Shown piece by piece: positions 18,004 through 26,741 of a stretch of DNA of 64,000 nt. Position 1 is the stretch's first letter; the number at the start of each line of letters is the position of its first letter. This stretch comes from Candidatus Poriferisocius sp. (GTDB taxonomy: Bacteria > Actinomycetota > Acidimicrobiia > Acidimicrobiales > Bin134): contig NZ_OZ241965.1 in NCBI RefSeq assembly GCF_965204015.1, forward strand, positions 2,090,374-2,154,373. The letters are read 5' to 3'. A model generated the notes under the pieces. It searched no databases, had not been told where the DNA came from, and worked only from the letters and a program-made list of their open reading frames with translations. The position numbers were made by a program, and so were the translations under genes.

Positions 18004-18837
18004 ATGAGCACCGCCTTCGACACCATCGAATACAGGGTCGATGAGGCCGTGGCCATCATCACCTTGAACCGGCCCGATGTGGCCAATGCCCAGGACACTC
18101 AGCTCATCGATGAGCTCGACGCCGCCTTCGACCTGGCCGAGGCCGACGACGAGGTGCGGGTGGTGGTCATGGCCGCCAACGGACGCCACTTCTCCGCCGG
18201 CCACGACCTCAAGGCTCTGGTGGGCGATGTCGAGCCCGACAAATGGCGGCTCATGCGGGACACGCCCGAGGGCAAGTTCCTCCATGAGAAGACCATGTAC
18301 TTCGACCGCTGCCTGCGCATCCGCGACTTCCCCAAGCCCACCATCGCCGCCGTCCACGGCAAATGCATCGCGGCGGGGGTGATGCTGGCGGCCATGTGCG
18401 ATTTGATCGTGGCCTCTGACGACGCCTCCTTCCAGAACCCGGTACTGCGCATGACCGGCGCCGCGGTGGAGATCCTCATCGAGCCCTGGGAGATGCCGCC
18501 CCGCAAGGCCAAAGAGTTCCTGCTTACCGCCCAGACCATCTCCGCAACCGACGCCGAGCGCTTGGGCATGGTGAACCGAGTGGTGCCCCGCGACGACCTG
18601 GCTGCCACCGTGAAGGAGATGGCCGAGGCAATCGCCCTGGTGCCCCCGGCCACTGCTGCGGTGGTGAAGCGGTCCATCAACAAGACGCTTGAGCTGATGG
18701 GCCAGAAGGACTCCTGGGACTACCACTTCATGGCCCATCACTGGATGCACAACACCGACACCGCCCTCGGCGCGCTGGAGCGACGCATGCAGAAGTCGTC
18801 GATGAAGGAAGTCTTCGCCGAGCACCGGGATTCCTAA
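18004..18837 (+). CDS. enoyl-CoA hydratase/isomerase (crotonase) family
   Basis: It has the motifs 'ITLNRPDVANAQ' and 'HFSAGHDLK'. AGGAG lies upstream of ATG 18004. Confidence 0.9.
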   Translation: MSTAFDTIEYRVDEAVAIITLNRPDVANAQDTQLIDELDAAFDLAEADDEVRVVVMAANGRHFSAGHDLKALVGDVEPDKWRLMRDTPEGKFLHEKTMYFDRCLRIRDFPKPTIAAVHGKCIAAGVMLAAMCDLIVASDDASFQNPVLRMTGAAVEILIEPWEMPPRKAKEFLLTAQTISATDAERLGMVNRVVPRDDLAATVKEMAEAIALVPPATAAVVKRSINKTLELMGQKDSWDYHFMAHHWMHNTDTALGALERRMQKSSMKEVFAEHRDS

Positions 18838-18841
18838 GGCC

Positions 18842-20065
18842 ATGCCCATCATGAAAGCCGCCCCCGAGTTGGAACTCGACGTATGGCGGCTTCGTCGGGA
18901 GCGATACGCCAAGCTGCAAGCCCAGATGGCCGCCGACGGCCTCGACGCCCTCGTGCTGCTCCACGCCCCCCACGTGGCCTACGCCACCGACTGCCTGCCC
19001 AGGGGGGCCGACGTCACCCACGTCTCGGCCACCCGCCCCGTCGCCGTGGTCCTGGCCGATCAAACCCAGCCCTGCCTGCTGGGCGGCGACCCCGACGGCC
19101 TCGACGTCAACCCCCATCCTGCCGTGTGGCCCGACATCGAAGAGGGCGCCGCCGACCTCGGTGCCCAGCTCAACGCCATCTTGGGCCAGCATGCCCGCGG
19201 CGGGCGCATCGGCATCGACCTGATGACCGGGGCCATGCGCCGCACCGGCGTGCTGTCGGGAGCCGAGATCGCCGACGCGGCCAACACCATGGCCGCGGTC
19301 AAGCTCCACAAGACCATCGATGAGCTGGCCTGCATCCACCAGGCCCAAGTCCGCACTAGCGCGGCCATGGCCACCGTGCAAGAGGCCCTTGTTCCCGGCG
19401 TGCGCCGCAGCGAGCTGGCCGCAGTGTTCCTCCGCCGCCTCCGGGAGGAGGGCATCGACGCCAACATGATCGACGTCATCTTCCAGCCCATGGCCCGCCG
19501 CATGGCTGACGGCCCCCGCACCACCACCGGGCACCTGGCCTTCCCCACCTGGTCGGGCGATCCCGTCTACGCCGAGGGCGACCTCATCTGGGTGGACGCC
19601 GGCAGCGACTACCACGGCTATGCCTCAGATTTCGGCCGCACCTGGACGGTCGGCCGTTGGCCCACTGCTGCTGAGCAGCGTTGCTTCCTGCGGTGGCTGG
19701 TGGTGATGAACGCGGCCTATGAGGCCATCGCCCCGGGGGCCACCTTCGCCGAGGTGTGCGCCGCAGCCACCGCCGCCGACGCCCCCCACCGACCCGACGG
19801 CGACCGCCCGTGGATGCCGCACTTCTACCTTGTTCACGGAGTGGGCATCGAGAGCGCCGAGATGCCCTTCTTGGGCACCGACAACGGTCCCGACTTCGAC
19901 GCCGCCCACACCTTGGAGCCGGGCATGGTGCTGGTGCTGGAACCCGCCATCTGGGACGACGGCACTGGCGGCTACCGGGCCGAGGAGATCGTGGCCGTCA
20001 CCGAGGACGGCTGGATCCCCCTCGGCGGCGGCCACCCCTATGACCCCTTCGAGGTGCCCAGATGA
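18842..20065 (+). CDS. M24 (aminopeptidase P/creatinase-like) pita-bread metallohydrolase
   Basis: It has a creatinase-like N-domain plus a C-domain with an apparently complete metal-ligand set (VDAG, SDFGRT, HGVG, LEP, AEE). Confidence 0.85.
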   Translation: MPIMKAAPELELDVWRLRRERYAKLQAQMAADGLDALVLLHAPHVAYATDCLPRGADVTHVSATRPVAVVLADQTQPCLLGGDPDGLDVNPHPAVWPDIEEGAADLGAQLNAILGQHARGGRIGIDLMTGAMRRTGVLSGAEIADAANTMAAVKLHKTIDELACIHQAQVRTSAAMATVQEALVPGVRRSELAAVFLRRLREEGIDANMIDVIFQPMARRMADGPRTTTGHLAFPTWSGDPVYAEGDLIWVDAGSDYHGYASDFGRTWTVGRWPTAAEQRCFLRWLVVMNAAYEAIAPGATFAEVCAAATAADAPHRPDGDRPWMPHFYLVHGVGIESAEMPFLGTDNGPDFDAAHTLEPGMVLVLEPAIWDDGTGGYRAEEIVAVTEDGWIPLGGGHPYDPFEVPR

Positions 20066-21003
20066 GCCTGCACCTCCAGCGCCGGGCCCGAGCCGTCGAC
20101 GCCCTCGCTGCCGCTGGGATCGACATGCTGGTGTGCGGCCGCCAAGACCACATCAACTACATAACCGGCGCCCACCAGCTCTGGACCGCCGGCACCCGCC
20201 CGTTTGGCCCGGTGTGCACCCTCAATGTCGCCACCGGCGAGATCTTCCTGCTGTCCACCTGGGACGAGGGCGTCCCCGACGACATCGATCTCGACCACCT
20301 CCACGGCATCACCTGGAACGGCGCGATTATCTACCAGCGCCTCGCCGCCAACCCGGGGATGGCCACCGCCCAGCGGGTGGGGGTCGACGCGTGGTCGCCG
20401 GGCATGGCCGGGCTGCTCAGCGCGGTGGCGCCCGAGGCCGAGATCGTCCCCGTCGACGACGTTTTGCTCAGCGCCCGCCGCACCAAGCTGCCCTCGGAGG
20501 TCGACGCCATCCGGGCCGCCTGCGCGGTGGCCGCCGTCGGTGCCGATGCGGCCATCGCCCACCCCGGCACCGATGTCCAGCGGCTGGCCGCCGGCGTGGA
20601 GGCCATGGCCCTCGCCGGATCGTCCACCCCTGCTGGGGAGCCCCAAGTCGACGGGCCCATCGTCGACTTCGGCTGCATCCGGTCCCACTACGAGGGCGGC
20701 CTGGGCCGCACCACGGGCGGTGCACCCTCCGACACCCGCCCCCACGCCGCCCTCATCGCCGCCTGCGTCCCCGGCGCCACCGGCCGTGATCTACGCCTAG
20801 CCGCCCCCGACGGCGATTGGCTCATTCGGGGCTTGGGCATGGGATTCGAGCCGCCGGTAATCAACGCCCGCTACGGCACACACGAGACCCTCGAAGCCAA
20901 CATGGTTCTCAGCGTGAGCGCCACCACCGGAGCGGAATATGCTCGCGACACGGTCCTCGTCACCGAATCAACACCCGAAATCCTCTCCCCGGAGGAGCCA
21001 TGA
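20062..21003 (+). CDS. degenerate M24-like paralogue (metal ligands mostly substituted)
   Basis: ATGA overlaps link it to both neighbouring genes. It aligns by eye to the upstream M24 protein but reads VDFG, GGLGRT, RGLGMG, LSVS and ARD at the ligand positions. Confidence 0.7.
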   Translation: MSLHLQRRARAVDALAAAGIDMLVCGRQDHINYITGAHQLWTAGTRPFGPVCTLNVATGEIFLLSTWDEGVPDDIDLDHLHGITWNGAIIYQRLAANPGMATAQRVGVDAWSPGMAGLLSAVAPEAEIVPVDDVLLSARRTKLPSEVDAIRAACAVAAVGADAAIAHPGTDVQRLAAGVEAMALAGSSTPAGEPQVDGPIVDFGCIRSHYEGGLGRTTGGAPSDTRPHAALIAACVPGATGRDLRLAAPDGDWLIRGLGMGFEPPVINARYGTHETLEANMVLSVSATTGAEYARDTVLVTESTPEILSPEEP

Positions 21004-22184
21004 ATCTCGACTACCACGCCTACGACGCCGACAATCACCTCTACGAGCCCATCGACGCGTTCACCCGCCACCTTCCGGAGCGGTACAGCGGCGCCATTCG
21101 CTATGTGGAGGTGGACGGCCGCACCAAGATCGCCATCAACAACAAGATCAGCGAGTACATCCCCAACCCCACCTTCGAGGTGGTGGCGCCCCCGGGCGCT
21201 TGGGAGGAGTACTACCGGGGCAACAACCCCGACGGCATGACCCTTCGGGAGTTCACCGGCAAGCCCATCCGCTGCCTGCCCGCCTTCCGCCACCCCGACG
21301 ACCGCATCAAGCTGCTCGACGAGCAGGGCGTGTACGCCACCCTGCTGTTCCCCACCCTGGCCTCGCTGCTCGAAGAGCGGATGAAGGACGACATCAACCT
21401 CACCCATGCCGCCATCAGCGCCTTCAACCGATGGATGCTTGACGAGTGGACGTTCAACTACCACGACCGCATCTTCCCCACCCCGATCATCACCCTGCCC
21501 GACCCCCGCCGGGCCATCGAGGAACTGGAGTGGTGCGTGGAAAACGGTGCCCGAGCGGTGTTGATCCGCCCCGCCCCGGTGCCCGCGGTGAAGGGCTCCC
21601 GCTCAATGGGCCTGCCCGAGTTCGACGATTTTTGGAATGCGGTGGAGCAAACCGGAATCCTGGTCGCCTGCCACGCCTCCGACTCCGGCTACGACGCCTA
21701 CGCCAGCGACTGGGAGGGCGGCCGCGACGAATTCCTGCCCTTCAAGCCCGGCGCCTTCCGCACCGTCATCGCCCACGGCCGGCCCATCTTCGACACCATG
21801 GCGGCCATGATCTGCCACGGCCTGTTCGAGCGCCACCCCAATGTGCGGGTGGCCTGCATCGAGAACGGCTCCACCTGGGTGGCCCCGCTGCTGTTGGAGC
21901 TTTCCGACGCCTACGGAAAGATGCCCCAGGAGTTCGCCGAAGACCCGGTGGAAACCTTCCGCCGCCACATCTCGATCAGCCCCTTCTATGAGGAAGACAT
22001 TCCCGGCCTCATAGACCACGTCGGCATCGACCGGGTGCTGTTCGGCTCCGACTTCCCCCACCCCGAGGGCCTCGGCCAGCCGCTCGACTTCATCAAGGAA
22101 GTGGCCCACCGCAGTCCCGAAGACCAGAAGAAGGTCATGTCCGAGAACCTCAAAGAGCTCCTGACGCTTCGACCTGCCGCATGA
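21000..22184 (+). CDS. amidohydrolase_2-family protein
   Basis: It has the 'YDADNHLYEP' N-terminus and the C-terminal motif 'FGSDFPHPEG'. ATG 21000 overlaps the previous stop. Confidence 0.85.
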   Translation: MNLDYHAYDADNHLYEPIDAFTRHLPERYSGAIRYVEVDGRTKIAINNKISEYIPNPTFEVVAPPGAWEEYYRGNNPDGMTLREFTGKPIRCLPAFRHPDDRIKLLDEQGVYATLLFPTLASLLEERMKDDINLTHAAISAFNRWMLDEWTFNYHDRIFPTPIITLPDPRRAIEELEWCVENGARAVLIRPAPVPAVKGSRSMGLPEFDDFWNAVEQTGILVACHASDSGYDAYASDWEGGRDEFLPFKPGAFRTVIAHGRPIFDTMAAMICHGLFERHPNVRVACIENGSTWVAPLLLELSDAYGKMPQEFAEDPVETFRRHISISPFYEEDIPGLIDHVGIDRVLFGSDFPHPEGLGQPLDFIKEVAHRSPEDQKKVMSENLKELLTLRPAA

Positions 22185-23290
22185 GCGAACAACCAGAGCA
22201 AACCACGGACTCCAGCGTCTTCTCGCGTTCCGACACCGACGAGGCCTCCGAGGCCGAGCGCACCAAGGGGCTGATCGAGCCGGTCGCGCTGGGGGAGTGG
22301 ATGGACGCCCAGGGCCTGCCCGGCCAGGGCGAGCCCATCACCAGCCGGTTCATCTCCGGCGGTGCGTCAAACGAGATCTTCGAGATCTGCCGGGGCGAGC
22401 ACCGCTGGGCCCTGCGCCGCCCGCCCCGCAAGGTTCCCGAGGGCCGCAACGAGACCATGATGCGGGAGTTCCGCATTCTCTCTGCCCTGGCCGACACCGA
22501 CGTCCCCCACGCCCGGGCAGCCGGCGGCACCGACGACACCAGCATTATCGGCGCGGCCTTCTACATCATGGACTTCGTCGACGGTTGGTCGCCCATCTCA
22601 GAGCCCGGCTGGCCCGAGCCCTTCGCCTCCGACATCGACGCCCGCCCCGGACTGGCCTACGAGCTGGTCGACGCCATCGCCCGGCTTTCCAAGGTCGACT
22701 GGCAGGCCAGCGGTCTCAAGGGCCTCGGCCGCCCCGACGGATTCCACGAGCGCCAGGTCGACCGCTGGTACGCCCACTTGGAACGCTTCAAGTTCCGCGA
22801 CATCCCCGGCCTCGACACCGCAGGCGACTGGCTCCGGGGCCGCACCCCCCGCAGCTATACCCCGGGCATCATGCACGGCGACTACCAGTTCGCCAATGTG
22901 ATGTTCCACCACGGTGCCCCCGCCCGTATGGCCGCCATCGTCGACTGGGAGATGGGCACCGTGGGCGACCCGCTGCTGGATTTGGCCTGGGTGGTGATGA
23001 ACTGGCCCGAGAACGAGGCCGGCCGCCCCACGGTGGGCTACGTCGACTACGAAGGCCTGCCCTTCCGCGACGACCTGCTGGAGCGCTACGCCACCATGTC
23101 GGGGCGCGACGTCGACGAGATCGACTACTACGTGATCCTGGCCCGCTTCAAACTGGCCATCGTGCTGGAGGGCGGCTACGCCCGCTTCGTGGCCGGCGGC
23201 GCCGACAACCCGAGAATGGAAGCCTTCGGACGCGTTGTCCTCGACCTAGCCCGCGACGCCGCCGCCTTAGCCCAGACCACCACCCTTTAG
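22181..23290 (+). CDS. APH-like phosphotransferase family protein
   Basis: It has the catalytic loop 'IMHGDYQFANVMF' (HxDxxxxN) and the motif 'IVDWEMG'. ATG 22181 overlaps the previous stop. Confidence 0.85.
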   Translation: MSEQPEQTTDSSVFSRSDTDEASEAERTKGLIEPVALGEWMDAQGLPGQGEPITSRFISGGASNEIFEICRGEHRWALRRPPRKVPEGRNETMMREFRILSALADTDVPHARAAGGTDDTSIIGAAFYIMDFVDGWSPISEPGWPEPFASDIDARPGLAYELVDAIARLSKVDWQASGLKGLGRPDGFHERQVDRWYAHLERFKFRDIPGLDTAGDWLRGRTPRSYTPGIMHGDYQFANVMFHHGAPARMAAIVDWEMGTVGDPLLDLAWVVMNWPENEAGRPTVGYVDYEGLPFRDDLLERYATMSGRDVDEIDYYVILARFKLAIVLEGGYARFVAGGADNPRMEAFGRVVLDLARDAAALAQTTTL

Positions 23291-23294
23291 CGGC

Positions 23295-24578
23295 TTAGAC
23301 GTCCCAGATCACCGGCAAGGTAGCGGGGGCCCGGAAGGCCAGACCGGCGATTTCCGGGGCCTCGGAATCGGGGTCGAGGCGCAGGCCGGGAAGCCGGTCC
23401 AGCAGGTGCTCCAGCACCGCTCGCATCTCCATGCGGGCGAGGTGGATGCCCAAACACAGGTGCGGCCCAGTGGCGAACGCAATGTGCGACTTCGGTTGGC
23501 GGAAGATGTCGAACCGCTCGGGGTCGTCCCACCGGGAGGGGTCGTGGTTGGCCGAACCCAATGAGGTGTTCACTGCCGTACCGGCTTGGATCTCAATGCC
23601 CTCTACTACCGCGTCGGCTGTCGCGGTGCGGGAGATCCCGGTCAGCGGCGCCTCCCACCGCAGCGCCTCCTCCACCGCGGCGCTCACCAGCGACCGGTCG
23701 GCCCGCACTGCCTCTAACTGTGCCGGATCCGACAGCAGCCCCACCATCATGTTGCTGGCCGCCCGATAAGTGGTCTCGGCCCCCGCGGGCAGCAGCAGCC
23801 GACAGAAGGCGATGATCTCGTCGTTGGTCAGACGCTGCCCGTCCAGCTCGGCATGGGCCAGGATGCTGATCAGGTCCTCCTGCGGATCGGCCCGGCGGCC
23901 CTCCACCACCGGCTCCAAGAAGTCGTACAGCCATTGCGATGCTGCGAACCCCCGCTCGATCTGGGAGGCCATGTTGGTGATCTCCACCGCCCGGCGGTAG
24001 AAGGCGGGCAGGTCGGCCTCCGGCAGTCCCAGCGCAATGGCGATCACGTGTACGGGGAACACGAACATCAGCTCGTGTACCAGATCGGCCCGGCCCCGGT
24101 CGATGAAGGCGTTGATGTAGTGGTCGAGCACCGGGTTCACAATGTCGTGCTCCCACCGCTCCATCTCCCGGCGGGTGAACGCCTGCTGGATCAGCTTGCG
24201 GTACTGCCCGTGCTCGGGCTCGTCCATCTCCAAGATGGTGTGGCCCATCACCAGTCCCATCGACTCGGCGTAGCCCGCCGATGAGAACGTGGCCCCGTCC
24301 CGCAACACCGCCTCCACCCCGTCGTACGACAGCACGTTCACGATCTGCCGGTCACCGGCCATCAGGTCGCTCACGCTGACCGCCCCCAGCATCTCCGACA
24401 CGCTGCCCCGGTGGACCGGGCACTGGGCCAGCAGCTCGTTGTACACCTCATAGGGGTTGATGGAGTGCTCGGCCCCCTGGGCTTGGTCGAAGGCGTCAAA
24501 TGGGTCGTACCCTTCGTCACCGGGTTCGGGGGCTCGGGCGGCGGCTAAAATCTCGCCCGGAGTCATCTCGAACTTCAT
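23295..24578 (-). CDS. cytochrome P450
   Basis: It has the heme-thiolate loop 'FATGPHLCLGIHLA' and the ExxR motif 'EEALRWE'. ATG 24578 (MKFEMTPGE) is chosen because the track start at 25088 is a GC-rich run-on. Confidence 0.9.
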   Translation of the reverse strand: MKFEMTPGEILAAARAPEPGDEGYDPFDAFDQAQGAEHSINPYEVYNELLAQCPVHRGSVSEMLGAVSVSDLMAGDRQIVNVLSYDGVEAVLRDGATFSSAGYAESMGLVMGHTILEMDEPEHGQYRKLIQQAFTRREMERWEHDIVNPVLDHYINAFIDRGRADLVHELMFVFPVHVIAIALGLPEADLPAFYRRAVEITNMASQIERGFAASQWLYDFLEPVVEGRRADPQEDLISILAHAELDGQRLTNDEIIAFCRLLLPAGAETTYRAASNMMVGLLSDPAQLEAVRADRSLVSAAVEEALRWEAPLTGISRTATADAVVEGIEIQAGTAVNTSLGSANHDPSRWDDPERFDIFRQPKSHIAFATGPHLCLGIHLARMEMRAVLEHLLDRLPGLRLDPDSEAPEIAGLAFRAPATLPVIWDV

Positions 24579-24620
24579 AGGCAGCCACTTTAAGTCCAAC
24601 CCAGAGAGTGCGGTAGTCCC

Positions 24621-25928
24621 ATGGCCATTGATTTTTCTGTAGAGCCCGAATTTCAAGAGAAGCTCGACTGGATGGACACCTTCGTCACCACCGAGATCGA
24701 GCCCATCGACCTCTATTTCCGGGGCGAGGTCAACCCCTTCGACCGCACCAACGAGACGGCCAACGCCCTGATCCGCCCGCTCCAAAAGCAGGTTCAGGAC
24801 AACGGCCTGTGGGCCTGCCACATGGGCCCCCACCTCGGCGGCCTCGGCTATGGCCAGGTCAAGTTGGCCCTGATGAATGAGATTCTGGGCCGGGCGCTGT
24901 GGGCCCAGGTGGTGTTCGGCTGCCAGGCCCCCGACTCCGGCAACGCCGAGATCATCGCCCACTACGGCACCGACGAGCAGAAGGAGCTCTACCTCCAGCC
25001 CCTGCTCGACGGCAAGATCTCCTCCACCTACGCCATGACCGAGCCCCAGGGCGGCTCCGATCCCAACTACTTCACCTGCCGAGCCCACCGCGACGGCGAC
25101 GAGTGGGTGATCAACGGCGAGAAGTGGTTCGCCTCCAACTTCAAGTACGCCCGGTTCATGATCGTCATGCTCATCACCAATCCCGACGTGTCGGTGTACC
25201 GGGGCTCGTCAATGATGCTGGTGCCCACCGACACTCCTGGCATCGAGGTGTTGGCCAACGTGGGCCTCGGCACCGAGGACTTGGAAGACGGCGACCACGC
25301 CTATCTCCTCTTCAACGATGTGCGGGTGCCGGCCGAGAACCTGCTGGGCGATGAGGGGTCGGGCTTCAAGATCGCCCAGACCCGCCTCGGCGGCGGCCGG
25401 GTCCACCACGGGATGCGCTCGGTGGGCGTGGCCCAGCGGGCCCTCGACATGATGTGCGAGCGGGTGCTGTCGCGGGAGACCAAGGGCTCGCTCATCGGCG
25501 AGAAGCAGTCAATTCAGCACTGGATCGCCGACTCCTGGATCCAGATCCAGCAGTTCCGCCTCCAGGTGCTCCACACCGCCTGGCTGATCGACAACGAGGG
25601 CGACTACGCCAAGGTCCGCCAACACATCGCCGGCGTCAAGGTAGCCACCCCCAAGGTGCTGATCGATGTTGTGTACCGGGCCATGCACGCCCACGGCTCC
25701 CTCGGCGTGTCCAACCTCATGCCCCTCACCTCAATGTGGATGAGCGGCCCCGTCATGGGCATCGCCGACGGCCCCACCGAGGTCCACAAAGACACCGTCG
25801 CCAAGCAAATCCTCAAGTCCTACAAGCCCTCCGACGGCCTGTTCCCCTCCATGCACCTCCCCACCCGAATAGCCAACGCCCGCCAATACATCGAATCCCG
25901 CATAGAGCACGAGATAGCGAATCTCTAG
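24621..25928 (+). CDS. acyl-CoA dehydrogenase
   Basis: It carries 'YAMTEPQGGSDP' and has the overall length and layout of an acyl-CoA dehydrogenase. Confidence 0.9.
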   Translation: MAIDFSVEPEFQEKLDWMDTFVTTEIEPIDLYFRGEVNPFDRTNETANALIRPLQKQVQDNGLWACHMGPHLGGLGYGQVKLALMNEILGRALWAQVVFGCQAPDSGNAEIIAHYGTDEQKELYLQPLLDGKISSTYAMTEPQGGSDPNYFTCRAHRDGDEWVINGEKWFASNFKYARFMIVMLITNPDVSVYRGSSMMLVPTDTPGIEVLANVGLGTEDLEDGDHAYLLFNDVRVPAENLLGDEGSGFKIAQTRLGGGRVHHGMRSVGVAQRALDMMCERVLSRETKGSLIGEKQSIQHWIADSWIQIQQFRLQVLHTAWLIDNEGDYAKVRQHIAGVKVATPKVLIDVVYRAMHAHGSLGVSNLMPLTSMWMSGPVMGIADGPTEVHKDTVAKQILKSYKPSDGLFPSMHLPTRIANARQYIESRIEHEIANL

Positions 25929-26365
25929 CGCTTTGTCGGCACTCGCCCGAAGATGTAGGCCAAGCCCACCATCCCTAATCCGATCACAATGCCCCGCCAC
26001 GTCCATGAGCCAATCGCCAAGCCTGTACTCAGCCCCACTGCGACCACGATCATCGTTCCGGCGATGACTTTCGCCCGCCAAGGCATCCCTAACCCGGACC
26101 GATAATCAGCTACCAGTTTGCCCACGCCAGGCAGGTTCAAAACCCACCGCTCCATCCGCTCGCTCGACCGGGAAAACGCCGCCGCCGCCATGATGAAAAA
26201 CACCGTCGACGGCAGGCCGGGAACGATGATCCCAATGGCCCCGACGGCAACGCACACCAGCCCTCCCAGAATCCACAGCCCTCGCACCAGCGGGTTGCGG
26301 GCCACCTTGGAGTGGCTGGGCGCAGCGGAATCGCCGGGGTCAGCCGGCGAGCTCAATGAGGTCAC
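25925..26365 (-). CDS. YbaN/DUF454-like inner-membrane protein
   Basis: 'GIIVPGLPSTVFFIMAAAAFSRSSERMERW' matches the family pattern as I recall it. It has about 4 TM segments. Confidence 0.7.
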   Translation of the reverse strand: MTSLSSPADPGDSAAPSHSKVARNPLVRGLWILGGLVCVAVGAIGIIVPGLPSTVFFIMAAAAFSRSSERMERWVLNLPGVGKLVADYRSGLGMPWRAKVIAGTMIVVAVGLSTGLAIGSWTWRGIVIGLGMVGLAYIFGRVPTKR

Positions 26366-26669
26366 TGACGGTCAAGTAGCACAGCAATCCGATCACTAGA
26401 ACGTTTACCGTGCTCACCGGCCACTTCAGGCGATGGTCAGCCCGCCAGAACCGCCGAATGCTCAAACCGTTGAAAACGATGGCCACTAGGCCGATGGGAA
26501 CGCTTATGGCGGGTCCCACTGAATCGGCTAAACCCAGCACCGGCAACAGGTACGGGAACACCAAGTAGGTCAGCAGGCACCGGGTTCCCGACACCACCAT
26601 CGACTGGCTGAACCGGCGCTCGGCCGTATTGGGAACCTCGACTTCGGCCGGAGCGGTGTCAACGGTCAT
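26340..26669 (-). CDS. small membrane protein (3 TM), unknown function
   Basis: It starts at ATG 26669 and has three hydrophobic helices. It overlaps the downstream gene by 26 nt. Confidence 0.5.
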   Translation of the reverse strand: MTVDTAPAEVEVPNTAERRFSQSMVVSGTRCLLTYLVFPYLLPVLGLADSVGPAISVPIGLVAIVFNGLSIRRFWRADHRLKWPVSTVNVLVIGLLCYLTVSDLIELAG

Positions 26670-26741
26670 TCACCCTCAGTCTCCCACCCCTTGTCGGTCC
26701 CCGTCTCACCGAATGGGAGGTTTCACTACCATCGTCAATCC

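Noticed and set aside
25925-25928. Convergent genes sharing a CTAG so that both stop codons overlap (also at 32353-32356)
   Set aside because: It is real, but it is a trivial consequence of compact gene packing and has no further structure around it.
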